Under the pieces are notes generated by a model. It was not told where the DNA came from, made no database searches, and saw only the letters and a list, made by a program, of their open reading frames with translations. A DNA stretch of 64,000 nt from the human T2T-CHM13v2.0 reference genome, Homo sapiens: assembly GCF_009914755.1 (NCBI RefSeq), contig NC_060936.1; one strand, written 5' to 3'. Position numbers and translations under genes: made by a program. Shown here piece by piece: positions 1-14,353 of the stretch. The number at the start of each line of letters is the position of its first letter. Positions within the stretch are counted from its first letter, which is position 1.

Positions 1-92
1 TAATGAACTGTGAGTCAATTACACCTCTTTCCCTTATAAATTACCCAGTCTTGGGTGTATCTTTATTAGCAGCGCGAGAATGGACTAATATA
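1..92 (+). mobile_element. 3' end of a THE1/MST (ERVL-MaLR) LTR, cut by the window edge
   Basis: ataaattacccagtcttggg...tctttattagcagcgcgagaatggactaata is the typical MaLR LTR terminus. Confidence 0.9.
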
Positions 93-94
93 GT

Positions 95-290
95 TGCATT
101 TGAAGTTCAGATCCACTGCCTACCACTGAGAAATCACTGGCTAGATATGCAAACTCCATGAGCCTCAGTTTCTTTACCTGTTATAGGAACAAGAACAGCA
201 CATGCCCCATGGGGTGGTTAGGGGATTAAATGACACCCTTTGCACAGAGCCCTCCATGTGGCAAGAGCCTTGTAGCTATGAGTCATTGTC
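95..290 (+). mobile_element. MIR fragment
   Basis: Core motif tgagcctcagtttctttacctgt...ggggattaaatga. Confidence 0.7.
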
Positions 291-539
291 CTTATTTAGG
301 GACCATCAGACCCTTCCTTTAATTAACAATAAAAAAGAGCTTCTCATCAGCATGATTGGTTCCTTCCTTATCAGGGTGGACGAGGCCTCTTGGTGGAGAC
401 CATGCATATGTGGCTCCCTGTATGTCCTTCCCCAGTCACACTCCCATTCTGTCCCCCCAACCCATTCCTTAGCTCCTCAAGCATCCAGCTCCTCCTTGCC
501 ATCATGGCTTTGTTACACTGCTTCAGCCTGGAGCGCTCT

Positions 540-860
540 TTTCCCATCTTGTTTTTGGGACAGCCTCACCCTTCAAGACCCCACTCAGGTGTGATCTCTG
601 CTGTGAAGCTTTTCTGATCTCCTCCCTGACCCCCTGCCACAGGGTAGAGTTCATCACCACATTCTCTAAACTTCTTTGGTGCCTGGCAGTTCTCCTTTTT
701 GCACTCCTCTCTTGATGGACTCTGTTGGGTGAGAAGTCTGTTTCTTGCAAAACCTGCGAGCTCTCAGGGGAATATTCACATCTCAGTCCTCCTTGGCTTC
801 TGAGCAGATGGCAGTGCCTGCCATGTGTCGATACTACAATGCCTATTGAATGAATGACAT
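540..860 (+). mobile_element. L2 3' end fragment
   Basis: tgtgaagcttttctgatctcc...tattgaatgaatga terminus. Confidence 0.55.
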
Positions 861-899
861 TAGGCTCCATTTGATTTTGCCCCTATCTCTTAGTCCATG

Positions 900-1752
<853 letters not shown>

Positions 1753-3016
1753 GCTTGAAGGTGCTGTTAGATTTTATTTTAATTTTATTTTGTCTGCTCA
1801 GAAAACTTTCCTTTTCCCACTTTTCTGATAAAGAGGGTATGAATTCCCTCCCCTGGCCAAAGAGGGCACATGGCGCTACTGGGGCCAATCATGTAGGCAT
1901 GAGACCCAGGCCTGGCCTCTCTGAGTCTTTCTATGGGACTTTATGGTTGCAATTGTACTTTTGGAGTCATAGGTTAGAAGGAGGGAGCTGGGGCCTCTGG
2001 GCATTGGGTCTACCTCATGGTAAATGTCTGGCTGTTGTGAGAAAGAGAGAGGCCACACAGAGGCCAGCAGTGAAGCACTGGACCTGCAAAGATAGGACAG
2101 CTCTGAATTCCTCTCCCATATCCAGGGTGCTGGTCCCATGGCTCCCCTTCTTCTCCCCAAGTCCATGAAAATCCCTAGTTTTCCTCCAAGACACATGTGC
2201 TCAAAGCCACCTCTTAGGTTCTTAGTGGCTTCTGACTCTGTTTCTGTCCCTTACAACAGAACAAACTTGAAAATTAGAATGAAGTTGAACCAACATCTTA
2301 GTGTTAACAATGATCAAGGTGGTGTGTAAGCCAATTGTGGTGATCAGAAAATGAACAAGACGTGCCTCCTGGTACTCATAGGACTTCGAATGAACTGTAC
2401 CCATCTCCAAAGTCTAGTCTTTCCAGGATGCATTCTTGATGAAGCCCTGAAGTCTGCCGCCACTAAGAGGAGGGACCGTGATCTGACGTGATCTGACTCC
2501 TTCTCCAGGTGACATCATTTCACAACCAGATGCTTTAAAAAAATACAAAAGGGACCTTTCAGGCAGAGGTGTAGGAAGACCAGGACTATTAATGCACGGC
2601 TGGCATTTGCACATATTCAATATGTCCGAAGAAAAGTGGTCTGCACATTCAGTTTAGGGGGAACATTTCTACTCAAAACAAAAGTCAAAGTGAATAAATG
2701 AGAGCATTTCAGGAAATGTTTGAACTTTTAAAGAAAGGAGGTAAGAAAGCTGGGGTTTATCACAATTGTGTTCCTTCCACAGCAGGATCTCTTCATTCCT
2801 CTACAAATCTCTTTTGAAAGGAAGAGTAAAGGAGGAAGGAACACGTATAGTGGTTCTGTGGATGGGCCAGCCCCTGGAATGCAATCAATATGTGTTCACA
2901 GGGGTAACCCTCGCCTCTCCCTTGTTTAAAATGTTAGCCAGCCCAGGACCAGCCACCTCAATATTAGGTTAAAAAAAAAGAGTCCAGTGGTCTTTCCTAA
3001 ATTAAAACAGCGCATC

Positions 3017-3605
3017 TGTGATGTTTGGTATCAGATGTCAACTTGATTGGCTTGAAGGATGCCTAGATGGCTGGCAGAGTATTGTTTCTGGGTGTGTCTG
3101 GGAGGGAGTTGCCAGAGGAGATGGACATTTGAGTCAGTGGACTGGGAGAGGAAGACCCTCCCTCAATGTGGGTGGGCACCATCCACTCAGCTACCAGCAT
3201 GGCTGGAACAAGGCAGGTGGAGGAGGACGGGATGACCTTGCTTGCTGGGTCCCCTGGTTTCCTTCGTTCTTCTGTGTTGGATGCTTCCTCCCAATCCTCC
3301 TGCCCTTGGATAACAGATTCCAGGTTCTAAGGCCTTTGGACTCTGGGACTTGTACCAGTGGCTTCCCAGGGGTTCTCAGGCCTTCTGCCACAGACTGAAG
3401 GTGGCACTGTCAGCTTCCCTAGTTTTGAGGCTTTCTGACACCAACTGAGCCACTATTGGCTTCTCTCGTCCCCAGATTGCAGACAGCCTATGCTGGGACT
3501 TTGCCTTGTAATCCTGTGATCCTGAGAGCCAATTCTCCATAATACACTCCCTTGCATATGTACATATATCCTATTAGTTCTGTCCCTCCGGAGAACCCTA
3601 ATACA
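3017..3605 (+). mobile_element. MLT2 (MLT2B-like, ERVL) solo LTR
   Basis: tgtgatg...gtcaacttgattgg...gaaggatgc start and ctattagttctgtccctccggagaaccctaataca end. Confidence 0.85.
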
Positions 3606-4053
3606 CCATTAAACTATTAATCAAAATTCTAAATATTATGAAATATCAAGTGATTATCTTCAGGTTGGAAATATGCAGTGAAAAGGATTTCTTCTCTCTT
3701 TCTGCTCTCACTCAGCCCCAGCCTGCCAGCCAGGTTCTGATACTGCAGACTGGAATAGAGAGATGGAAGGAAAGTGGCAGGAAAGATGATAAGTAAATCC
3801 CTCACCTTCTCAAGCTGGCTGCATTCTCTGGGCCCTGGCAGAAGTTTCCTCCTTCTCTGGGCCCTGCGAACGTTCCCTGCTCACATTTCAGTGGGTAGAA
3901 TTCTCTGCAAGCTCTTGAATCAATTCATGAGACTTTCACAGCCCCAGAGAGAATCATGTCCTGAGATTAGCACCTTCACCCAGGAAGCTGAATTGGAGCT
4001 AGGTAGAAACAAAAGGACTGAATGCTGGGGGAAGTTCCAGGGTGAGGGATGAG

Positions 4054-4415
4054 TGCAATGGACTGAGTATTTGTGTCCCTTCAACTTTCCTATGTCAAAA
4101 TCCTGATGCCTGGTTTGATGGTATAAAGGCCTGGGGCCTCGGGAGGTAATGAGGCCATGAGGGTGGAGCCCTCATGGATAGGATTAGTGAGTGCCCTTCA
4201 AAAGGGAACCCCAGACAGCTCTCTAGCCCTCTTTCCACCATTTGAGGACACAGGGACAAGCTGGCAACCCAGACAAGGACCCTTCCAGAACCTGATCACA
4301 CAGGCAACTTGATCTCAGCCCTCCATCCTCCAGAAGCATGAGAAATACATTTCTGCTGTTTATAAGCCACCCAGTCCACAGGACTTTGTTGTAACTGCCC
4401 CAAATGACTAAGACG
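4054..4415 (+). mobile_element. MLT1A/B-type MaLR solo LTR
   Basis: atggactgagtatttgtgtccc...gagggtggagccctcatg...atttctgctgtttataagccacccagt...gactaagac. Confidence 0.85.
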
Positions 4416-4699
4416 GTATTCCCCATCATGGGTTATACTGGCTTACTCCTGACCGTGACGCCCGGTGCCATTGGAGACAGCATCTTTGGGAAAGGGTTCT
4501 GCAAGGAGGTGGCATGTGAGCGGAGAGAGACCTGAAAGAGAATCAAATAAAGAATAGATAGGGGAAGATGTCCTGAGGGAGGAGGGGTGGAAGCGCTGGG
4601 CCTGCATCCTGGACAGGCTTAGGCACAGGGCTGATTTAATATGACCACAGCTTCTCATGTTGGGACTGTTCTATGTATTTTATTAATAGAATCACATTG

Positions 4700-5093
<394 letters not shown>

Positions 5094-5479
5094 TCAGTTT
5101 CAAAAATATTTCCTATGTGGGCAAGAAATGGTGGTCAGAGGCAGCTGGTTTATATTCAGGTTTTCCACAAGTTTCGTATGCAGGTCTTATATGTGGGTAC
5201 AAGTTCATGGGTTCTCAAAATTAGCTTCTGGGCTGTTCTTTCACACCGGAGGAAGTATATTGATTGGCCACGAAATTAACACCTGGAGAATTGGAAATGT
5301 GTCCTGGAATTCTTCCTGTATGATTTTAAATCCTACCGAGTCAACTAGTATATTTATATTTATTAGAGTTTAGTCACATCTATCTCAGGAGGGCCCTGTG
5401 GTCTTGGCTTCTGGAGACAAGTGGAAGCAGAGCCCTGGCACACGCCGAACATGAATGAAGACCATCTATCCAACCTCTT

Positions 5480-6087
5480 CCAAAGCTTTCAGGTTCACTC
5501 ACATTTATCTCCCGCCATCCATTCTCCACGGAGCAGGCAGAGAAATCTTTCAGAACATAGATTATATCATGTCACTTCCCTGCCAAATGCCTCATCATTG
5601 GAGGCTCAGAGGAACATCTGAGACCCTCATTGTGACCCACAGAACCCCACAAGACCCTACCTGCCCTCCACCTACCACCTTCGCCAGCACTTGGCTACAC
5701 TGGCTTGCTCCTGACCATGACACCTTAAGCCTCTGTAGACAGCATTGTCGGGAAACAGTTCAGCAAGGAGGTGACATGTGAGCTCAGAGAGACCTGAGGG
5801 AGAAGAAGATAAAGAAGAGAGATGGGGCAGATGTGCCGAGGCAGGAGCAGTGGAAACGCTGGGCCTGCATCCTCATGTCCACTGCACTGTAAGATCGTTC
5901 TGTCTCCTGTCCTTCAAAACACTCCTTACAATCTGAAATAATAGTGAGGATGTATTTATTTGCTTTCTGTCTCACTCACTAACATGTAAGTTTCCTGAGC
6001 AGAGAGACCTTGCTGGCTGCTGATACAGGACCTAGAAGCCAGCACGACACAGCCTAGGTCCTCAGGCACGTTTGTGGAATGAATGAG
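5480..6087 (+). mobile_element. L2 fragment, interrupted at about 5720-5875
   Basis: ccattctccac...atcatgtcacttccctg and atgtaagtttcctgagcagagagacc...gaatgaatga. Confidence 0.6.
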
Positions 6088-8129
6088 GGGTACACAGGCC
6101 ACTCACCAGCGATTACCCCCCAAAGAGACAGCTCTGTGTGTTCACCAGACCCCTGGCATTCTTTCTGCCCGGAAGCACCCTCTGTGTCATCTTTTGCATC
6201 ACCTGCAAAGCCAAGCTTGCTTTGATTCCAACCCCCCGCCCTTTCTCCAAACTGGCTGGCTCCTTATAAACTCCCCCAACAACAGATGGGGACCTCTACT
6301 ACCAGCTCTTGGCTGTGGAACTGACTTGCTGAATTTGAATCCTAGCTTGGCCACTTTGTAACCCTTCCATGGAGAGCTTAAAACTTGGGGGCACCATGGA
6401 TGGTGACACCCAGGAAGTCTGCAGGTCTCTGGGGGGGCCAGTCTACCTGTCCAGGTGGCAGGGCTGCTGGGGGTTGCTCTATGGGAAGGGGCTACATGAC
6501 TGGAGTGTGTTGTAGCTGAGGATGTTGAGTGTCTCTGTTAGCTGGTGTGGACCATGCTAGTGCAACTGTGCACTTTATTCTCCAAACAGGGATGCTTTTA
6601 TGAATAAAACAGTTGCTATTACTAATTATCCCACAACTGCCCTGGGCAAACAGGGGCTTGTGGTCATCTGCCCATGCAGGATGGAGAGCCGGCCTGGAAC
6701 CTTTTTGGGGGCTGTGCAGAGGGGGCCCTGCTGGGAACAATGTCACCCTAACACTGACAGTGTACTGGGGCAGCCAGCAGGATGAATAGAAGCTGGATGA
6801 GAGCTCAGGAAAAGTCAGCGGAAGCAAAATGTGCCTGAGGCAGGACGTGATTCTCTCAGTTGGCACAGGTCTCATTAATTAATGCAGCAGCTTGCGGGGA
6901 ATTCTGCCCGTTATAACAGGAGCCCCTTGACCTGTATCCCTTGGAGAGAGAGAAAAATCTATAGCCCTTCCACATTCTGGTGTTTAAATGGTCCTAACAT
7001 TACACATTACAATCTTTTGTGACTATTTCCCTATATTTGTTCTTCCAGGTGTTGGCTGTCACCTGCTTAAGTGGCTCAAAAGCTGCTGGCAGAAAATACA
7101 CGATTCCGACAGATGCACGGTATCGAGCCCTGCAGCCAATTGTGTTAGAGCAACAGAACCATGTGCTGTTTATGATTCAGTCATACAAGGTGCTGGGGCT
7201 CGCTGGCAAATTTGCACTTATAAGTGGATATTTAGAGCTAAACAGAAACGCCTAATAGCTAAGCAGTCTTCTAAATTCGTCTCAAGGAAATAGCCCCCGG
7301 GGGTATCAGATGTTTCTAAATGGAGGAGATTAGGCAGTTTGATTGAATGAGAAGCCTCGGTTTAGGTGACTGCTCAGAGGATGCTTTCGGACTATTTTAT
7401 TTGAGCAAAACCGAGGTCAGGGCCAGGGCGAATATTTGAAGATGAAGTAAGTTTTGGAATCCGATTTGAAGAGAGTGTACATTAATTATATTAATGTGGA
7501 TTTTAGTCAACATTTGGGTGGCTCTATCTGTTTAGTTTGGTGACTCTTACTAAATTGGCCCACGTGAAATGGCTGATATCTGATCACTTTCACCGATACG
7601 ATTACAATGTCATATGTCTAAGCATGATAGATGGATGTAATTTGTGTTCAATACACTTCTTGGGATGACTTTGTGATAAAAAATGGTGACTGTTATAAAT
7701 TTTGGGTCTTGTTATATAGTGATCTCTCTAAGTTTAGATTAAATTAGAGTTAGTAAATTAGAGTTAAACTTTAATTCCTTCACAGGACAAAATTACTACA
7801 GTTCTCCATGCAAAGATAAGAATCTCTTATGAGAATCTTCCTTTTAACTCCTCAATCAATTATTGTTTTTTGCCCTCAATCAATTATTCTTTTTTGCTAG
7901 AGCCTAAAATAGAGTGAAATGTTTTCACTCAGTCAGCTCCCGTTCTTTTTTCTCCAATTCACTCCTCCCAGCCTTATTCCACCCTAGTGACCTGAACACT
8001 GGATAGAACTTTCCAAAATCTAATGTATCCAATAGAACCCTCCCCGACTCCATCCACCTGCTCCGTCCCTCACCCTCCCAGCCCCATCCCCAAGGAATGG
8101 CCATGCCCTGACCATTTTGACTACGGGCT

Positions 8130-8310
8130 TTGCAGACCTGACCTCATTTGGTCCTTATAGAAGTCAGGGAGGGTGTTGCTGCTATTACTATCTCCATTTG
8201 GCTATCGTTGAAACTGACGCACAGAGTGCGAGGATCCTGCTCATGGTCACACAATTCCTCAGTGGCACAGGAAGAAGACATCTCATTCTGGTGTATCTGA
8301 TCCCAACCCC
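8130..8310 (-). mobile_element. MIR fragment
   Basis: tatctccattt...gaaactgacgcacagag...ctcatggtcacaca. Confidence 0.55.
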
Positions 8311-8668
8311 TGTCTCATCCTCTGTGCAGAGCCATGTTTTCTTTCTGCATGCCCCATAGCAGGAGTCCTGTGTACATCTCCCTTGAAGAGTGAAGTGGGG
8401 CCTTCAAGAAAGTAAAGATGTGGGGCCTGTTCTCCAGGGTCTTTCAGGCAGGTTAGAGCCAGGAGAGTCCCAGAAAGTAATGCTCAAACAGCACAGAGGT
8501 AGGATGACCGTAGAGGATTTGCATGTACAAACCAGAAGAATTTTTATCTTACAAAGGCTTAGGAACTTCAGAGATGAGTCTAAAATCGGCTTGCAAAAAT
8601 AAGAATATTTTCAAAAGGCTGCATTATTTCTGATAAAGAAAGTTAAGACATATAATTTAAAGAACCTA

Positions 8669-9060
8669 GGCTGGGCGTGGTGACTATTCCCTATATATGT
8701 TCTTCTAGGTGTCAGCTGTCACCTGCTTAAGTGGCTCAAAAGCCGCTGGCAGAAAATACATGATTCCAACAGGAATCATGCCTGTAATCCCACACTTTGA
8801 GAGGCTGAGGCGGGAGGATGACTTGAGGTCAGGAGTTTGAGACCAGCCTGGCCAGCGTGGTGAAACTCCATCTTTATTAAATAACAAAATGTAGCTGGGT
8901 GTGATGGCAGGCCCCTGTAATCCCAACTCCTCAGGAGACTGAGGCAGGAGAATGGCTTGAACCCGGGAGGTGGAGGTTGCAGTGAGCCAAGATCTTACCA
9001 CTGTACGGCATGCAGCCTGGGCAACAGAGGAGACTGTCAAACAAACAAACAAACAAAAAA
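8669..9060 (+). mobile_element. AluS carrying a ~93-bp non-Alu insertion at its 5' end
   Basis: ggctgggcgtggtg, then foreign DNA at 8680-8772, then tcatgcctgtaatccc; (CAAA)n tail. Confidence 0.95.
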
Positions 9061-9289
9061 CCTGGAAGTTTGTTATAACACAGGGTTTTGTAAACTACTT
9101 TTTGTCATTAACTCAACATATTGTTTGCCATTTATATCTTGATTTCTAATAATACAGGTGGCTTAATGTACTGAAGGAAGGGCATTCAATTCTGTATTCT
9201 AGAATATGGTTTGTGCATAAACTCTGGAAGTTATTGCTATGTAGTAGGTCCACTGAGCTATCCAAAAGGCTTAGCAGGTCTCATCTGGT

Positions 9290-9600
9290 ATTTTAAGTGC
9301 CCGGCATCTTGTAACTGCTCAGTAAATAGCTGTGGAAAGAATGTGCTCAATAATATTTGCTGACTACAGCAAATTGCTCCAGGAATTCAGGATGCAGCTG
9401 TGAAAAAAAAAGTTCCTCCTCTAAGGAGCTTAGATAGTAACGATGAGGAATAAATGCAATAAGCAAATTAATATATTAAAATAAAATAGGTGGTAGTAAA
9501 TGCTGTGAAGAGAAATGAAACGTTCTTCATACCGAGTCGGGGAGGGTGACCACTCACAGAGAGAGGCCTGAATGAAGGGAGTGAAATAAAAGTTTTCTTC
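9290..9600 (-). mobile_element. L2 fragments
   Basis: ttcctcctctaaggagcttaga...gtaaatgctgtgaagagaaat...ggcctgaatgaagg. Confidence 0.5.
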
Positions 9601-10129
9601 CTACAAATAAGTGGGAGAAAGAAAGAGGGAGAGGGAGAGGGAGAGAGGTGGAGAGGGCAGGGGAGAGAGAGAGAGGGAGAATTTATTAGCAAGTAGGCAT
9701 TACTTACTAATTCTCATGCATGTAAAAGTACCTTGAATATGTGTACAGGGTCTGGACAGAATTTCATTCAACTTTGTATAATAAAGTGGAAGAGAGAACA
9801 ATGAAAAATTCTCTTCTTTTTAAGAGATAAACAGATGTACTCTGGGATTGTTTCTGGTATTCCCTGTGGGAGACACCTGAGCTAATTCCAGAGGCACGTC
9901 CCCACAGCTCCAAGGTCAGGAGCTCGTGATCCTTGGGTTGTGAAATCAAAAGACCTGGCGCCTCCTGGACAGATGATATTTCAAGGAGATGCCCTCAGGA
10001 GGGTGGGGAGGCAGTTCCTTTCTCATTAAAGATAATTTCACCATTTTACTTTTACACAGGCAGAGGGATCAATGACCCCTGCACAGGCTAGGAGGTGGGA
10101 GTGCATTTTGTGTGTCTGAAAAGCATCAG

Positions 10130-10490
10130 GGAAGCCAGAGTGGGAAGGAAGGAAAGAAAGGAGGGAGGACGGGAAGAAGGAGAGAAGAGTGTCACAGAAG
10201 GAGGGAGCAGAGAGGAAAGGAGCGGGGGGCATACAGGAGAGAAAGAAGAGGGAAAAAGAAGAGAGAAAGAGAGGGAGAAGAGATGATGGATGGAGGAGGA
10301 CAAGGAAGGAAGGAAAAGGGAGAGGTGAAGGGAGGGAGAGGAGAAGGGAGAGAGGAAGATATGGGGCAGAAGAGAGAAAGAAGAGAAGAGAAAAGAAGAG
10401 AGGAACCAAGGATGAAATGGAAGAAAGAACAGAAAGAGGAAATGATGGAAGGAGGGAGAGAGAAAAGATGGAAAGTAGGGAGGGGGAGTG
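10130..10490 (+). repeat. GA-rich low-complexity polypurine tract
   Basis: Mostly G/A for about 360 bp; accounts for the K/R/E-rich and F/L/S-rich spurious ORFs. Confidence 0.9.
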
Positions 10491-11001
10491 TGTGTTTGTT
10501 CCTTTTTAATCCTGAGTAATAGTCCATGCTGTGGATGTGTTGCAGTTTGTTTAACCATTTTTTTCCCTTGAAGGACATCTGATCTATTTCCAGGTTTTGG
10601 CAATTATCAATAAAGCTGCTGATACTGTTTGGATGTCCCCTCCAAATCTCATATTGAAATGTAACCCCCAGTGTTGGAGGTGGGGCCTGGTGGGAGGTGA
10701 TTGGGTCATAGGGGTGGTTTTCTCATGAGCGGTTTAGCACCATACTCTTGGTGCTGTTCTGGAGAGAGTGAGTGAGTTCTTGGAGACCTGGTTGTTTACT
10801 CGCGTGAAGCACCTCCCTCTCTTGCTCTGTTGCTTCTGCTCTCACCCTGTGACATGCCTGCTTTTGTTTTGCCTTTCAATGTGAGTAAAAGCTCCCTGAG
10901 GCCTCCCAGAAGCCAAGCAGATGCCTAGCATCATACTTGTACAACCTGCAGAACCATGAGCCAGTAAAGACTCTTTGCTTAATACATTACTTAGTTTCAG
11001 G

Positions 11002-11469
<468 letters not shown>

Positions 11470-11749
11470 AGACAGAGATTCGCTGTATCACCAGGCTGGA
11501 GTGCACTGGCGCGATCTCAGCTCACTGCAACCTCCACACATCCCAGGTTCAAGCGATTCTCCTGCCTCAGCCTCCTGAGTATCTGGGATTATAGGCACCC
11601 ACCACCACACCCAGCTAATTTTTGTGTTTTTAGTAGAGACGGGGTTTCACCATGTTGGCCAGGATGATCTCGATCTCTTGACCTCCTGATCCGCCCACCT
11701 CGGCCTCCCAAAGTGCTGAGATTACAGGCGTGAGCCACCATGCCCAGCC
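11470..11749 (-). mobile_element. AluS (Sc-like)
   Basis: ggccaggatgatctcgatctcttgacctc; TSD-like aggt[c/a]tttcttt on both sides of the Alu plus tail. Confidence 0.95.
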
Positions 11750-12131
11750 AGGTATTTCTTTATAGCAGTGCAAGAACGAACCAACATAGTTGCTATGAAA
11801 ATTTATACACAGGTTTGTGTGTGAACCTGTTTTCATTTCTCTGGAATAAATACCCAGGGGTGCAATTGGTGAGTCACATGGTAAGTACATACATTACTCA
11901 TTTTTAATTTTACACCAACACACTTTATAATTGTATTTTATCATACATATATTTTAATCACAAATCAGCTTGAAATAATATATTTGAATTTTAGTTTTTT
12001 ACTGATACTTAGTATTTTATAAATAATGCTTGATGGAAACTCTGCCAGGTTGCTGCAATTGACTGTAAACCCTTCTGAACATGATTTTCCTCCCACAGTG
12101 AGAGAAAAATAATTTTCAGATAATTTTGTTG

Positions 12132-12426
12132 GGCCGGGAGTAGTGGCTCACACCTGTAATCCCAACACTTTGGGTGGCCGAGGTTGGTGCATCATTTGAG
12201 TTCAGGAGTTCGAGACCAGCCTGGCCAACATGGTGAAACCCCGTCTCTACTAAAAATACAAAAATTAGCCGGGCGTGGTGGCGGCCACCTGTAATCGCAG
12301 CTACTTGGGAGGCTGAGACAGAGAATTGCTTGAATCCGGGAGACAGAGGTTTCCGTGAGCCAGGATTGTGCCACTGCACTCCAACCTGGGTGGCAGAGCG
12401 AGACTTTGTCTCGAAAAAAAAAAAAA
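12132..12426 (+). mobile_element. Full-length AluS
   Basis: Both arms, linker tactaaaaatacaaaaattagc, A tail. Confidence 0.97.
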
Positions 12427-13429
12427 TTTGTGTGTACTGATTAATGTGCAAACATACACAAATATACACATACTACATTTTTGTTGAATAAAATAATGTA
12501 TACATGTTTTTACCAGGTGATAGCAGATGTTGCCAATAATAGTGTCCATTTATATGTCTTTAAAGATGTCACAAAAAGAAATGCACCCTGGGTAGTGGAG
12601 TTTCTGTGTCTTGGCTAAAGTTTTTGAAGACTTCCAGCAGTTTTCCCTGACACTTGTCATAAGCACATCATGAGCACGGTGCCTCAGTTATTTGGAGTGG
12701 CTCTTGTCTCTGAAACCTAGGGCTGCAACTTTTCTTGATACATGTACTTTTAAATTTGCATTTACTCAGAAGGCTGTGTTGGCAGGCTTTATTCAATAAT
12801 TTTATATATTTATTTGCTATGTATCTGCTCTGTCTTATGTGTTATCTACTTACTTTTTCTTATTTAAGGTATAAAACTTGGGAAAACAGGAAACATGGGG
12901 AAAGATAACATGGTTATGAGTTAAGAGAGGTGCTCCTCCTGCTGCTCCCTCCTGGGCTCACCGCATCGGGCTTCTCTCTCAAATGTAGACATTGTCTGAA
13001 GGTTCACATTGTCATGGGGATCCAGAGAATGAAGACAGTAAATCCTTGGCTTTTAATTTTAACAACTTTAATTCATCTAAGTATAAAATAGGAAAGTTCC
13101 AGAAGATATGTGGCCTGGATCTGTTTTGAGTTTTCTTTTTCCCAGAAAATTTTAAAAATCTAGTTTTTATGAACTGAGGGAAGGACAGTTGCAAGGCATC
13201 ATGTGGACAGGAGACACATTTATTTTGAAAGACCCCTAAGCTCTGTCAAAGTATGTGGCATCCACTGTCAGTTTCAAAGATGTGTAGAAGCTAACTCGGT
13301 CTCTGATAACTTCCTCTTCTCCATTCCAGTGAACACATGGATCAACCTATACCAAGAACCAACTTTAGCTGTTTGTTTTTATGCCATCTGGTAGAACTGC
13401 CCAACAAAAAGACCAATGCATTGACCATA

Positions 13430-13625
13430 AGTGATTCTCAATTGCAGAGCATACCGCATCCCTAAGGAGCATTTGTAAGGGTGTGGGGGCATTTCTAGTC
13501 ACAGTGAATGGAGGGTGCTGTGGCATCTACTGTCTATGGAACCAAGGGATGTTATTCCTTGGTTATTCCCCTACAATATGTTGGACTTTTCCATAATGTA
13601 AAGAACCACCCATCCAAGTGCCAGG
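13430..13625 (+). mobile_element. MER20-like hAT MITE relic
   Basis: agtgattctcaa...gggtgctgtggcatcta...ccaagggatg resembles the MER20 consensus as I recall it. Confidence 0.55.
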
Positions 13626-14353
13626 AATTTCCCTTTAATTGCTCTGCCAGTAGGTATTGGTATCTTTGTATTGTTTGGTAAATTACATGCATCCAACCTA
13701 CAAAAGGACACATTGCATTTGTTTAGCTTCATTAAATCTTCCTTGAAGGTGTTTAACAGCCCCTTTTTATTTTTAATAACTTGGATGAGAAGCATTGAAA
13801 GTACTGGAACAGAAGTAGTGAAGAATACATTACTAACTCACATTTACATAAAAAGTAGATTGAAATGTAGGAAGGAGAGTAAATACTTCGTCAGGTGAAA
13901 GCATTACCTGGTGTAAGGAACATATCCTGTGATGTGGGCTTCAAGCACTCTAATGTTTTCCTTGTAGCATGTGTCGCAGTTATAACTAATGGATTTTGTA
14001 TCATCCCTACTGAATCGTAAATTCTGAGGGCAAGTACTGAAATATTTTATTGATTTTTATGCTCTCATAGCAGAGACCAGTGTTTGGAACATCAGGGGCA
14101 TCAGCAATATTTGTTGGAGGAATAAACAAATGGATGAATACACGTAGATCTAGTCAAATAGGTTGTCTTGAAAACCAGTAAATGCAAGCTCCATTACTTT
14201 TCCGTGATGACTTAGCTCTGGTCGTGTGTATGGGCTACCATATTAGGGTCATTAATATCAGAAATCAACCTGGATACTAAGGCTCCATCCTCTTTCATTT
14301 AGGCAGAGGCAGTGTTGTGTCTGTTCCCACTCTGTGTCCCCAGTAGGCATCAT

